From: Minisyncoccota bacterium
Lineage (GTDB): Bacteria > Patescibacteriota > Minisyncoccia > Phycocordibacterales > UBA9973
Assembly: GCA_031413715.1 (NCBI GenBank)
Contig: JANOFO010000007.1
Span: forward strand, 90,338-154,337
Length of the DNA stretch: 64,000 nt
Direction: 5' to 3'
Part shown: in pieces, positions 29,742 through 39,882 of the stretch
Position numbering within the stretch: the stretch's first letter is position 1
How the letters are laid out: the number at the start of each line of letters is the position of its first letter
Made by a program: the position numbers and the translations under genes
The notes under the pieces: generated by a model
What the model was told of the DNA's origin: nothing
The model's input: only the letters and a program-made list of their open reading frames with translations
The model's database searches: none

Positions 29742-30038
29742 TTACTGAGAAAGCTGTGGAATAAGAGTTTTGATGCCAAAGGTGCTCGTAAGAACACCGA
29801 CCAGCCCCCAAATACTTATCATGACAAATAAGGCTATCAACCCCCAGATCATAAAACTCTTGCCTTTCTTGCGCTTTTCTTCATTGTCAGGATTCAGGAA
29901 ATACTGGATAATCCCCCATATGAATCCGGCAACGGCAAGCGTCAAAAGAAGAGGGATTATTGATTGGACGAGCGTACAGCTGGCCCAGTTGAAGATATTA
30001 CCCAAGGTGTTTAAATCAATTGTTTGGCAGTCTTTCAT
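29742..30038 (-). CDS. VirB2/TrbC-like pilin
   Basis: FIWGIIQYF...EEKRKKGKSFMIWGLIALFV. Confidence 0.8.
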   Translation of the reverse strand: MKDCQTIDLNTLGNIFNWASCTLVQSIIPLLLTLAVAGFIWGIIQYFLNPDNEEKRKKGKSFMIWGLIALFVMISIWGLVGVLTSTFGIKTLIPQLSQ

Positions 30039-30044
30039 AATATA

Positions 30045-30824
30045 TTACGTCGTGCTTTTAATTTCGTCGACCGTTCCTTTAATAGCGTCTGCTACCACAA
30101 AAGCACCAAGCAAAAGAGCTGCGCCGATGAGAGTATAAAGGAGGGCTTGTTTTGCTTTCTTGAGTTTCTCGGAATTGCCGGCAGCGGTTACAAAAAGAAA
30201 ACCACAGTAAATAATGGCGAGTGCCACAATCGGTATTCCGATAAGAAGGACGAAATCAATTATAGCTCTTATAAAAGAAGGAATGTCCTGAAGATTCGGG
30301 CCTAGAGGATTCTTGATGCCGGAGTTTATCTTAACATCAGTACCATTTCCAGGAGGGATGGTACCATTATCTGGTGGAATAGTGCCGTTGTTTGGAGGAA
30401 TTGTGCCATTACCAGTTGTAGCTCCAGCTGTACGAGCATATCTAAACGGTACTTTTTCTGGATTAATTGAAACAACTCCATTAATGTATGGAAACGCTTG
30501 AACTTCAAGATCGTACGACCCTGGATCAAGAGTGATAGTTTTTTTAGTTACTGCTTGTTTAGGATCCATATCGCCAAATACAATTGTCTGGACCTTTTTT
30601 CCTCCTGTTGATGTATATAGATCGCCCATTACATTGTATTTAGTAGAAGCTACATTGGTAAGCGTAATAGTGAGTGTAGTCTTATCCGCTTTATAACTCA
30701 TAATGACAGGGCTCGCTGCAAGAACTATATTTGCAATGAATAATGAACCAGTAACAATAAATACAAAACTATGTCTCGCTATTATTGAAAGTAGACGATA
30801 TTTATTTTTTCTAAGTATATTCAT
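30045..30824 (-). CDS. VirB2/TrbC-like pilin with N-terminal extracellular domain
   Basis: IKNPL...IIYCGFLFVTAAGNSEKLKKAKQALLYTLIG; start at TGtTATAAT-N6-ATG. Confidence 0.8.
   Translation of the reverse strand: MNILRKNKYRLLSIIARHSFVFIVTGSLFIANIVLAASPVIMSYKADKTTLTITLTNVASTKYNVMGDLYTSTGGKKVQTIVFGDMDPKQAVTKKTITLDPGSYDLEVQAFPYINGVVSINPEKVPFRYARTAGATTGNGTIPPNNGTIPPDNGTIPPGNGTDVKINSGIKNPLGPNLQDIPSFIRAIIDFVLLIGIPIVALAIIYCGFLFVTAAGNSEKLKKAKQALLYTLIGAALLLGAFVVADAIKGTVDEIKSTT
30340..30413 (-). repeat. 21-bp coding tandem repeat (xNGTIPP, about 3.5 copies)
   Basis: GNGTIPP-NNGTIPP-DNGTIPP-GNGT. Confidence 0.85.
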
Positions 30825-30861
30825 ATGCACATTATAACACTTATTATTTAATAGTAGTCAC

Positions 30862-31347
30862 TTAACAATCAGGTATTTCATTGCCAAGCCAATTTAAACA
30901 AGGATCGGCATTCACGATAGAAAAAATCGTATGTATTATGAGCCATGCGGCTAACGCTATGATAAAGCCAAAAATTGCATGCATAATCATCTTTTTGGCT
31001 TTGGAGCGACTTTCAGAATTACCTCCTGAAGTAATCAATTGAAATCCAGCATAGACTAGTATGAGAGCTACAAGTACCGGTGCTATAACGAAAATTAGAA
31101 AATCGATAACGTTATTTATCAGTCCCATGAGGAATCCAAAGTCACACTGCTTCGCGACCACACTCTCCATGACTGGTTCCCCTTTTTCAAGGACAGGTTT
31201 ACCCGTCGAATCAACCTTGGGTACTTGGATAACCTTGCCACACTCGGGAACCAAGCCCGCGGCATGAGCTATACCTAGTGGCACAATCGGGCTAATGATA
31301 AGGACAAGCCCAACGATATATCCGAGCAATTTTTTATTGAAAGACAT
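30862..31347 (-). CDS. VirB2/TrbC-like pilin
   Basis: GLVPECG...CDF, YAGFQLITSGGNSESRSKAKKMI. Confidence 0.8.
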   Translation of the reverse strand: MSFNKKLLGYIVGLVLIISPIVPLGIAHAAGLVPECGKVIQVPKVDSTGKPVLEKGEPVMESVVAKQCDFGFLMGLINNVIDFLIFVIAPVLVALILVYAGFQLITSGGNSESRSKAKKMIMHAIFGFIIALAAWLIIHTIFSIVNADPCLNWLGNEIPDC

Positions 31348-31348
31348 A

Positions 31349-32659
31349 TTATTTCTTAATTATGGAATCCAATTGGTTACTTGCTTTACCTAATGCATCT
31401 TCTACTGAAAGCTTGTTAGACACGATGTTATCTAAGAGCTCTCCAAATATTTCATCACTTCCCTTTGGATCCGGATCAAGCCACGCTCGAGAAATAATAG
31501 CAGAGTTAAAGAATGTAAAAAGATAAGGATCAGTAGGCTTGGTAGAGAGAAGCGCACGTGATGCTGGTGGAAGAGAGACTGCGGCTGCCAGATTCTTGGC
31601 TGTATCCCCTGCACTCAGAAGTGTAGCCACACCGAAATCTCCCGCAAGGTTGGCAGACTTCTTGTTAACCGCCACCGCATATATAGTACCATAGGTACGT
31701 TTGGTATTGGTGCCTCGGGTTTGCAGCACATCTGTGACATCAAAACTAAGATTTGGATTAACTGATTCTATCTTGAACAATTCGCTTGCATGACCAAGAT
31801 ACATTGCAAGCCTACCTCCGGTAAACATATCAGTAGAATTCGGGAGCGCCCTGCTCCATGAATAGGCGGCATCTGATGGGTTAGAGAATTTTATGAAAAA
31901 CTCAAAGATCTGTTCTGTAGGTGAAATTGGAAGCGAGGCGTTATTTCCGTTAAGTACTGACGAGTACGAGCCATTGCTTCCTAGGGCAACAATCTGATTG
32001 TTGCTTTGTAGAAGAAGCGTAGCGAGTATGTCTTTGACGTTTGTTATATTCTCGTATCGCCCGAGGGCTATAGCGCTCTGTAGTACAGTACCATCATCTT
32101 TCTTTTTTGTGAGTTTGGAAACAAAATTAAAGAGCTCATCCCAATATGCTGGCGGAGAGACGATGCCCTCATTGGAAAGAATGTCCTTATTGTAGTAAAG
32201 TACTACAGGATCAACAACAACTGGAAAGCCTATCAATCCGTCTTTTCCTAAATAAATATTTGCTCCATCAATATACGTATCGCGAAATGTTTTCTCTGGA
32301 TAGCTCGCATAAGGAATATTATAAATGAAATCTTTGTTTTTTAGAATCATATCCGGAGTTATAAAGAAAAGATCAGGACCCGTGCCAGAGGCAAACGCTT
32401 CAATCAGGTTTTGTTGGTATGTAGAAAGTGGTTTTTTGACATAGCTCACATTCAAATCCCTGTTGGTTCCTACCATATCAGAGAACACCTTATTGAGTTC
32501 TGAACTGCTATCAAACGTCCCCCAGATTACAACCTTACCCGAAAGAGTAGTGCTTGTACTCGACGATCCTCCGATTTTTAAAATTCCGGAAAATATCATA
32601 ACTGCAAATACAAAGAAGGCTAAAAAGATTGCGACCACGATTGTCTGAAAGTTATTCAT
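31349..32659 (-). CDS. Extracellular solute-binding protein (family 1)
   Basis: N-terminal TM, VVIWGT, GPDLF, LYYNKD, FTGGRLAM. Confidence 0.85.
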   Translation of the reverse strand: MNNFQTIVVAIFLAFFVFAVMIFSGILKIGGSSSTSTTLSGKVVIWGTFDSSSELNKVFSDMVGTNRDLNVSYVKKPLSTYQQNLIEAFASGTGPDLFFITPDMILKNKDFIYNIPYASYPEKTFRDTYIDGANIYLGKDGLIGFPVVVDPVVLYYNKDILSNEGIVSPPAYWDELFNFVSKLTKKKDDGTVLQSAIALGRYENITNVKDILATLLLQSNNQIVALGSNGSYSSVLNGNNASLPISPTEQIFEFFIKFSNPSDAAYSWSRALPNSTDMFTGGRLAMYLGHASELFKIESVNPNLSFDVTDVLQTRGTNTKRTYGTIYAVAVNKKSANLAGDFGVATLLSAGDTAKNLAAAVSLPPASRALLSTKPTDPYLFTFFNSAIISRAWLDPDPKGSDEIFGELLDNIVSNKLSVEDALGKASNQLDSIIKK

Positions 32660-33179
32660 GCATTAAAATTATACCATACTGATGAGCCGAGGCAGAAATG
32701 TTTTCGAGATATTTGAACCCTCGACGTGTAAACAATTCCTTGGCCTCTAATTCTTTTACGACATACATTCTAGCTGGACCCATGCCACTGAAAGATTCCT
32801 TCCAGTCAACAACAAGCACTTTACCACCGGGTTTCAGTACTCTTTTTACTTCATCTACTAGACCAAGTTTATCTGATGCCGAAAAAAGGACATTAGAAAC
32901 AATGACTCTGTCTATACTATGCTCTTTCAATTTGGTGCCTCCTTCACATTCTATATCACCCCAAATAACATCGACATTCGTTATTCCTAATTCTTTCAGT
33001 TCAGCATCCAATTTTTTGAGCATGTCTTTCTGGATTTCTATTGCATATACTCGGCCTGTCGTTCCCACTTTAAGAGATGCTTCTTTTGTATAAAATCCAG
33101 TTCCTGCCCCAAAGTCAGCAACACGCATACCTTCCATAAGTCCAAGCGCGGCGACATTTTGTTTAGGATTTGCAAACAT
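32652..33179 (-). CDS. Class I SAM methyltransferase
   Basis: VADFGAGTG, RVLKPGG. Confidence 0.88.
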   Translation of the reverse strand: MFANPKQNVAALGLMEGMRVADFGAGTGFYTKEASLKVGTTGRVYAIEIQKDMLKKLDAELKELGITNVDVIWGDIECEGGTKLKEHSIDRVIVSNVLFSASDKLGLVDEVKRVLKPGGKVLVVDWKESFSGMGPARMYVVKELEAKELFTRRGFKYLENISASAHQYGIILMHE

Positions 33180-33235
33180 GATTTAATTATATCATGGGTT
33201 AGCTCTTAGCTACTAGCATAGCTCTTAATTAGAAG

Positions 33236-35710
33236 CTAAAGGCAAGTTATCGAAGCGATGCTATCGCCTGGGCGGAGCTTCATGATGGTAACACCTTGAG
33301 TTTGTCTGCCAGATGTAGGAATTGATTTGAGATCCACACGTATCACTTGGCCTTTTTGCGACACAGCTATGATCTCGTTCTCGTCTCCGACAATTTTGGC
33401 AACAATTAGTTTTCCTGTTTTTGGGGTCACTTTGGCAGTTTTAATGCCTGAGCCGCCGCGCTTTTGAGTTTTGTATTCTTTAATATTTGTTTTCTTACCA
33501 AGACCATTAGAAGAAAGTGAGAGGAGAGCTAAAGCAGTCTCACCTTTCGGAATGTTATCGACACCGATGACGAAATCCCCTTTTGAAAGCTTGATAGCGC
33601 GTACACCTCCGGCGGCACGACCCATTTCTCGTACGTCGGATTCTCTGAACCTAATTGATTGGCCGAGAGTTGTCGCAAGCATAACATCATCTCCTTTTGA
33701 GATAGCGAGTACAGCCTGAAGTTCATCTCCCTTCTCGAGCTTGATCGCGATCAAGCCGCTTCTACGGACATCTTTGAAACTCTCAGCGGCAACTTTTTTG
33801 ACCACGCCCATCGATGTCACCATCATCAAGTGTTCAACTGTTTTCTTTGCTTCCTTATCTATCGGAAGTATGGATGTCACCTTCTCATCTCCTTCAAGTG
33901 AGAGGAAATTCATAATAGATTTGCCTTTCGTAGCGCGCTTACCCTCAGGGATATCGTACATTTTAATCTGATAGGCTTTGCCGCGGTTAGTGAAAAACAA
34001 AAGGTCACTATGAGTACTTGCAGTAGTGAGCATTATGACAAAGTCTTCTTCTTTTGTCTCTATATCTATCACCCCCACACCGCCGCGCTTTTGAGTGCGA
34101 TACTCTCCAGGATCGGTACGCTTGACGTAGCCACCCTTAGTGAACACAAGAACTGACTCCTTTTCTGGAATAAGATCTTCTTCATTGATAGTTTTAACAC
34201 CACCCTTGACGATGCGTGTGCGACGCTCATCACTATATTTCTCCTTAATATCTTTAAGTTCTGTAGAAATGACGGTAAGCATTTTCTTTGGACTGGCAAG
34301 GAGCGCTTCGAGTTCTTTGATTAATTCTTGCTTATCTTTGAGCTCGAGTTCCACATTCTTGCGCTCGAGTCCGGCAAGTTTCTGAAGCTTCATTTCAAGT
34401 ATTGCGATCGCTTGGAGATCGGAGAACTTAAATTCCTTCATCAAGTTTGCTTTAGCGGTTGCAGTATCTTTGGATGCGCGAATAACTGAGATGACTTTAT
34501 CTATATGATCGAGCGCCTTCTTCAATCCGAGCAATATATGCTCACGTTCTTTGGCTTTACGCAGATCATATTCGGTACGACGACGGACAACAACCACTCG
34601 GTGGCTAATAAACTCGGAAAGCAGGCTCTTAAGCGACAAGGTTTGCGGTACGCCATCTACGAGAGCGACGATATTGAAATTAAACGACTGTTCAAGCTGC
34701 GTATGTTTATAGATATAATTGAGTACTTTCTCAGGAATAATTCCAGACTTTAGATCAATAGCGATACGAATATCCTTGGTCGATTCGTCACGAAGACCTT
34801 TTATGCCTTCAAGCTTTTTCTCTTGCACAAGCGCCGCGATGGATTCTATAAGCGCTGACTTATTTACGCGGTATGGGATGGAGGTGATGATAATCTGAAA
34901 TGTTCCGCTTTTTGCCTCTACGATCTCCGCTTCACCGCGAGTGACTACTCCGCCTCTACCAGTCGAATAGGCATGGAGCAAATCTGCTTGGCCATATGCA
35001 ATTCCGCCCATCGGAAAATCAGGACCTTTGATAAATTCCATCAAATCCTCCGTAGTAGCGTCTTTATTTTCAATCAAGTGAATAGTAGCATCAATTGTTT
35101 CAGATAGGTTGTGCGGAGGAATATTTGTCGCCATACCAACAGCGATACCAAGCGTACCATTGAGCAATAAGCTCGGAACTGCAGTAGGGAGAACCGTCGG
35201 CTCTTTGCGAGTCTGATCGTAGTTTGGACGGAAGTCGACTGTCTCTTTCTCAAGATCAAGTAAAAGCTGTGATGATAGGCGAGCCATCTTAGCTTCCGTA
35301 TAACGCATCGCTGCTGCATTGTCTCCATCAATAGAACCGAAGTTACCTTGACCAAATATAAGCGGATAGCGATATGAAAAGTCTTGAGCCATACCTACCA
35401 TGGAATCATAGACCGCCACATCACCGTGCGGATGATATTTACCGAGCACTTCACCGACAACTGTGGCTGATTTACGAAAACGACCCTGATATGTAAGGCC
35501 CATTTCGTTCATCGCATAGAGAATCCGACGATGTACTGGTTTGAGTCCATCACGCACATCAGGAAGCGCGCGGTCAGTAATAACCGACATCGCGTAGTCG
35601 ATGAATGACTCTTTCATTTCAGTACTGATATTTACCGAAACAACATTCTGATGATCCCCGCCTGAATGATCATCAGATCGGGCAGGTACTTTTGGCTCTT
35701 CTTTTGGCAT
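33236..35710 (-). CDS. gyrA: DNA gyrase subunit A
   Basis: [22 protein letters not shown], GyrA-box QKRGGVG. Confidence 0.97.
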   Translation of the reverse strand: MPKEEPKVPARSDDHSGGDHQNVVSVNISTEMKESFIDYAMSVITDRALPDVRDGLKPVHRRILYAMNEMGLTYQGRFRKSATVVGEVLGKYHPHGDVAVYDSMVGMAQDFSYRYPLIFGQGNFGSIDGDNAAAMRYTEAKMARLSSQLLLDLEKETVDFRPNYDQTRKEPTVLPTAVPSLLLNGTLGIAVGMATNIPPHNLSETIDATIHLIENKDATTEDLMEFIKGPDFPMGGIAYGQADLLHAYSTGRGGVVTRGEAEIVEAKSGTFQIIITSIPYRVNKSALIESIAALVQEKKLEGIKGLRDESTKDIRIAIDLKSGIIPEKVLNYIYKHTQLEQSFNFNIVALVDGVPQTLSLKSLLSEFISHRVVVVRRRTEYDLRKAKEREHILLGLKKALDHIDKVISVIRASKDTATAKANLMKEFKFSDLQAIAILEMKLQKLAGLERKNVELELKDKQELIKELEALLASPKKMLTVISTELKDIKEKYSDERRTRIVKGGVKTINEEDLIPEKESVLVFTKGGYVKRTDPGEYRTQKRGGVGVIDIETKEEDFVIMLTTASTHSDLLFFTNRGKAYQIKMYDIPEGKRATKGKSIMNFLSLEGDEKVTSILPIDKEAKKTVEHLMMVTSMGVVKKVAAESFKDVRRSGLIAIKLEKGDELQAVLAISKGDDVMLATTLGQSIRFRESDVREMGRAAGGVRAIKLSKGDFVIGVDNIPKGETALALLSLSSNGLGKKTNIKEYKTQKRGGSGIKTAKVTPKTGKLIVAKIVGDENEIIAVSQKGQVIRVDLKSIPTSGRQTQGVTIMKLRPGDSIASITCL
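35657..35686. repeat. 30-bp imperfect palindrome inside the gyrA 5' end
   Basis: cccgcctgaatgatcatcagatcgggcagg encodes [10 protein letters not shown]; 20/30 identical to intergenic 63538-63567. Confidence 0.6.
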
Positions 35711-35711
35711 G

Positions 35712-36029
35712 TTACTGGTTTTCTTTTGGTTCTACAACAATAAGATCTATCTGCTTTTGTGATGTTTCATCAGTCGCGTCTTTAGATGATGTCTTTCCGA
35801 CGCTTGCGCTTATGTCGTCATAGGTACTTGAAATGGAATTCGCAAAGAGTTTAAAAGGCTGCAGATTATCTTCTTGTTTACTTGCGACAGTTTCACTGCT
35901 AAACCGGTCAGTGAGATTATACACCCAGACGCCAATGACTAAAGACATGCATACGACCATAGAACCAAGTAAAATCTGCTTGCGAGCAACTTCGTTTTTT
36001 GATTGTAACTTTCTTATATATGAATTCAT
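35712..36029 (-). CDS. Single-TM hypothetical protein
   Basis: ORF track; abuts gyrA. Confidence 0.7.
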   Translation of the reverse strand: MNSYIRKLQSKNEVARKQILLGSMVVCMSLVIGVWVYNLTDRFSSETVASKQEDNLQPFKLFANSISSTYDDISASVGKTSSKDATDETSQKQIDLIVVEPKENQ

Positions 36030-36057
36030 AATTATTTTAAAAAATAGTTATAATAAT

Positions 36058-36696
36058 CTACGACGATAAAACTATTATTTCACCTTCACGGCCAACGAGC
36101 TCTTTGGCTTTAATTGTGAGCTTTTCGATTGGTGATACTTTCTCTTGTCCGCCTTCTTTAAGAAAGCTCTTCAGTGTCGCTTGGTCGTATTCCATCGGTA
36201 TAATAACTTTCGGCTCAAGTGATACTGCGAGCTTGTATGCCTCGGCTGGTGTAAGGAGTTCTTTATTGCCTATGGGCACAAACAATATATCAGGTGATTC
36301 AATTTCTCCTGCCACATCAGAACTCAACTTCCCTTCTGATACACAACCCAGGAAGCAGATTGATATGCCTTCTATGGTAAGCGTGTATATCGTATTGATA
36401 TATTTTTTTCCTGCCTGCGCAGGCAGGCCGCCAAGCTCAGTCTCGGTCATGATACCTTTTATAAAAATGTCTTTGATCTCGTAGTCGCCAGGGCCTTTGA
36501 CTTCAAAAGGAACCGTTTCGCCATGAGACACCAAGTCAAATCCGTTGTAATCAGGATGATTTGTGGTAGAAAGAGCGATCACTGAGCCAAAACGAGATAC
36601 AGACTCCTTGGAATCTTTACTAATAGGGTTCATTGCGATTACCAACTCTCCTTGCTGAATTTTGAAGAATTGCTTGCCCAAATACGTGATAATCAT
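36058..36696 (-). CDS. Metallo-beta-lactamase-fold protein (degenerate)
   Basis: MIITYLG...FKIQ, GPGDYEIKD, DILFVPIG, LEPKVIIPM; start at TGcTATAAT-N6-ATG. Confidence 0.8.
   Translation of the reverse strand: MIITYLGKQFFKIQQGELVIAMNPISKDSKESVSRFGSVIALSTTNHPDYNGFDLVSHGETVPFEVKGPGDYEIKDIFIKGIMTETELGGLPAQAGKKYINTIYTLTIEGISICFLGCVSEGKLSSDVAGEIESPDILFVPIGNKELLTPAEAYKLAVSLEPKVIIPMEYDQATLKSFLKEGGQEKVSPIEKLTIKAKELVGREGEIIVLSS
36410..36427. repeat. 18-bp perfect palindrome inserted in frame
   Basis: cctgcctgcgcaggcagg encodes LPAQAG. Confidence 0.8.
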
Positions 36697-36793
36697 GCAT
36701 GCATTATAGCAGATTTTGGACAAAAAAAGAACCCTCATACTTATTTAATCAAATAAATATTGAGAGTTCCCGGTTTAGCCACCTTCCAAATGG

Positions 36794-37150
36794 TCAGTTT
36801 AAATACGGTTGGTATGCCATTTCATATACCAGCTCGTAAATTTTTTCTTCTGGTGGTGTAGTAATATTATACTTACCTATTCCAACGCCAAAGTATTGGC
36901 GGAATTCTGCGGCCATATGAGCATGCCATTCAAAAATGGCCACCAGTTTATAGGCTGCACTTCGTACAATAGTCTTAAACAAAAATTTACCTGAAGCAGC
37001 CAAATCTTTGATTTCATCTCTAAAGACAAGGATGCTGTAAGCTAAGTCTTTCTGCAATTCAAGAATTTTCTTATCACAGGCTTTTTGCATTAAAGAGCAT
37101 GGTACATTAAAGGCATTCACGGAATAGTCCGTTTTTTGGTTCAAGTTCAT
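36794..37150 (-). CDS. Hypothetical protein
   Basis: ORF track only. Confidence 0.5.
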   Translation of the reverse strand: MNLNQKTDYSVNAFNVPCSLMQKACDKKILELQKDLAYSILVFRDEIKDLAASGKFLFKTIVRSAAYKLVAIFEWHAHMAAEFRQYFGVGIGKYNITTPPEEKIYELVYEMAYQPYLN

Positions 37151-37447
37151 AAAATAACAAATTTTGGGTTAGAAGATTGGGTTAATTCACTTATCTACAT
37201 TATATAACCTAACTACTAGTTAAAGTCAATAAATGATCTGCTTGCTAAATATAACTTTCTGTAGTATATTTACTGCATTATAAGCCCAGATTGAGAGTAA
37301 CCCTTTATGTTTACTTGGAAGGCCAAGAATCATTGAGAACCTCAAACTGTGCCGCAACCCATTCAACTTCGCTCAGGGTAAATGCCCTCTTCGATTGTTC
37401 GGGATAAAGTGCGGTTTTTATTGTGCTCAGAGGGCACAAATTTAATT

Positions 37448-38569
37448 ATGAAAAAAGACGAAACAAAAGAAAGTGATATAGTTACAAGTATCGCCGAGAA
37501 TGCCAAGATTGAGCTCTCGAGCGTCGGTAAGATGCTTGATAAGGCGGAACTACCCCCAGCTGTTGATGCGCTTGTCGAAGGCCCAGTGATTTCTATACAG
37601 AAATCATCTGTCTATATTGATCTCGCTCCATTCGGTACAGGTATCATTTACGGACGTGAGTTTATCAATGCAAAAGATATTATCAAGAAGGTAAACATCG
37701 GTGATGTCGTCAAAGCAAAAGTAGTATCTACTGATAACGATGAAGGATACATAGAACTATCGCTCAAAGAGGCAAAGCAAGCCCTTATCTGGAGCGAAGC
37801 CGACAAAGCAATCAAGTCTAAAATCCCACTTGAGCTTACTATTAAAGAGGCCAACAAGGGCGGACTTATTTTGGAGTGGCAAGGCATTCAAGGATTCCTT
37901 CCTGCATCACAACTCAAGAGCGAGCATTATCCTCGTGTTGAAGACTCTGATAAAGACAAGATATTGAAAGCACTCAAAATGCTCGTCGGTAAACGCATCA
38001 ATGTGGTTATGATTTCTGCATTGCCAAAGGAAGGCAAGCTTATCTTCTCCGAGAAAGACAACAACCCTGAAGAACGCCAGGAAATTATCGGAAAGTACCA
38101 TGTGGGGGATGAGCTTGAATGTAGTGTTGCCGGTATCGTGGATTTCGGTGTGTTCTTGAAAATTGAGGAAGGCTTGGAAGGTCTTGTGCATATTTCTGAA
38201 ATTGATTGGGGTCTTGTAGAAGATCCAAGAGCGATGTTTAAGGTTGGCGATAAAGTCAAAGCCAAGGTCATAGAAATAAAAGATGGCAAGATTTCCCTCT
38301 CCATCAAGGCTCTTAAGGAGAATCCGTGGCATGAATTCGAAAGTACACTCAAAAAAGGTGATATCGTTTCTGGTGTAGTGATCAAGTTCAACAAGCACGG
38401 CGCCCTTATCTCTATCAAGCAAGGTGTGGCGGGACTCGTCCACAACTCAAGCTTTGGTTCCGAAGAGAAGCTCAAGAAGACTCTGGAGCTCGGCAAGACA
38501 TATGACTTCCAAGTCACATTGTTTGAACCGAAAGATCAGCGCATGACACTCGTCTATCTAGAAGTTTGA
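37448..38569 (+). CDS. rpsA: 30S ribosomal protein S1 (four S1 domains)
   Basis: NKGG...GFLPASQL, DFGVF...EGLVHISEI; start likely MKKDE at 37448. Confidence 0.9.
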   Translation: MKKDETKESDIVTSIAENAKIELSSVGKMLDKAELPPAVDALVEGPVISIQKSSVYIDLAPFGTGIIYGREFINAKDIIKKVNIGDVVKAKVVSTDNDEGYIELSLKEAKQALIWSEADKAIKSKIPLELTIKEANKGGLILEWQGIQGFLPASQLKSEHYPRVEDSDKDKILKALKMLVGKRINVVMISALPKEGKLIFSEKDNNPEERQEIIGKYHVGDELECSVAGIVDFGVFLKIEEGLEGLVHISEIDWGLVEDPRAMFKVGDKVKAKVIEIKDGKISLSIKALKENPWHEFESTLKKGDIVSGVVIKFNKHGALISIKQGVAGLVHNSSFGSEEKLKKTLELGKTYDFQVTLFEPKDQRMTLVYLEV

Positions 38570-38675
38570 TTAATATTTTGCTATAATAATTTCATGGAAA
38601 AAGTTGAACTCAAATGAAATATCAACTCCCTATGTAAAAGTAGAATACTGGATGATCTACCTATAAAATATTACA

Positions 38676-39167
38676 GTGAATAAAAGAACACAACAAAAAG
38701 GTTTTACTCTCATAGAGCTACTAGTAGTAATCTCTATTATTAGCCTTTTGTCTAGTATAGTCCTCGCAGCTTTAAACTCTGCTAGGTCAAAGGGTCGCGA
38801 TGCTGTCAGATATCAAACTGCAAACCAGATAAAAACTGCGTTGGAGCTGTACTTTACCAATTACGGCTATTACCCAGTCTGTGGAGGAAACGTTCATTGC
38901 ACTACGGTAGGAACATATAGTGCTCTCAGTACGCTTGCAGTAGTGCCTACATATATATCAAGTATCAAAGACGATCCAATAAATGCCAACGGCTATGGAT
39001 ACTTTTATGGTAGAGGATATATAAAAACAGGAACTAATTCATTCTTATATACAGGAGCCGAAACAGACTATATTTTTGGCATGAGACTCGAAAATAGCTC
39101 TGCTCCCACTTATAGCGGCTGGACTAACCCTAATCTAAATTACCTCGACAGCAATAGAAATCAGTAA
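38676..39167 (+). CDS. Type IV pilin / GspG-like prepilin
   Basis: KGFTLIELLVVISII prepilin cleavage/methylation motif, AR.KGRDA.R. Confidence 0.88.
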   Translation: MNKRTQQKGFTLIELLVVISIISLLSSIVLAALNSARSKGRDAVRYQTANQIKTALELYFTNYGYYPVCGGNVHCTTVGTYSALSTLAVVPTYISSIKDDPINANGYGYFYGRGYIKTGTNSFLYTGAETDYIFGMRLENSSAPTYSGWTNPNLNYLDSNRNQ

Positions 39168-39207
39168 GTGTCCAGAATGGAAGCTTTTAAGGGTTATCAT
39201 ATAAATT

Positions 39208-39792
39208 CTAGTTATACAACGTCATCGCTTTATCTTTGCCTTCGGCGGAGATAGTAACAATTATTTCAGTGACTTTTTTGGAAATCTTTTTTAGTTCCTT
39301 CAATTCATCATCTTTGAAATTACCGAGAAGAAATTTGAGTACTTGCTCTTCCCCTTTTGGTTTCTTAATTTTACCTGTTGGTGTATGAGGCGAGACGCCA
39401 ATACGGATCCTGACAAACTCCCGAGATTTTACCTTCTTGATGACTGATTCGAGTCCATTATGCCCCCCGGAGCTCCGATTGAAGGAAATCTTTAGGCTCC
39501 CAATCGGTAAATCGATGTCATCATATACTACAATAAAATTTTTGAGTTTCTTTGGGCTATCTATAATCTGCATGACTGCATTCCCAGAATTATTCATGAA
39601 CGTATTGGGTAAAAGGAATTCTGCTTTCTCTTTGTTGAGTTCCCCTTTTGCTCTCCATGATTTCAATTTCATATCGTTTTTCCAATCTGAAAAATCATTC
39701 GCTTTGGCAATGTTCTGTAAAACAATCCGCCCGGCGTTATGGCGATTGCTTTCATGTTCTTTATTTGGATTTCCTAAACCAGTGATCAGCAT
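39208..39792 (-). CDS. pth: Peptidyl-tRNA hydrolase
   Basis: GLGNP, RHNAG, TFMN, GGHNGL. Confidence 0.95.
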   Translation of the reverse strand: MLITGLGNPNKEHESNRHNAGRIVLQNIAKANDFSDWKNDMKLKSWRAKGELNKEKAEFLLPNTFMNNSGNAVMQIIDSPKKLKNFIVVYDDIDLPIGSLKISFNRSSGGHNGLESVIKKVKSREFVRIRIGVSPHTPTGKIKKPKGEEQVLKFLLGNFKDDELKELKKISKKVTEIIVTISAEGKDKAMTLYN

Positions 39793-39882
39793 AAAAAAAT
39801 TATATCATACGATCAGGAATTGTACTAAAACACAATAAAACATCTTCTGTCAATAGTCTTTGTGTGTTACTATAATGCTTAT

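Noticed and set aside
33199-33227. tagctct/tagctac heptamer repeats after gyrA
   Set aside because: Only about 3-4 degenerate copies and no associated gene; too weak to interpret.
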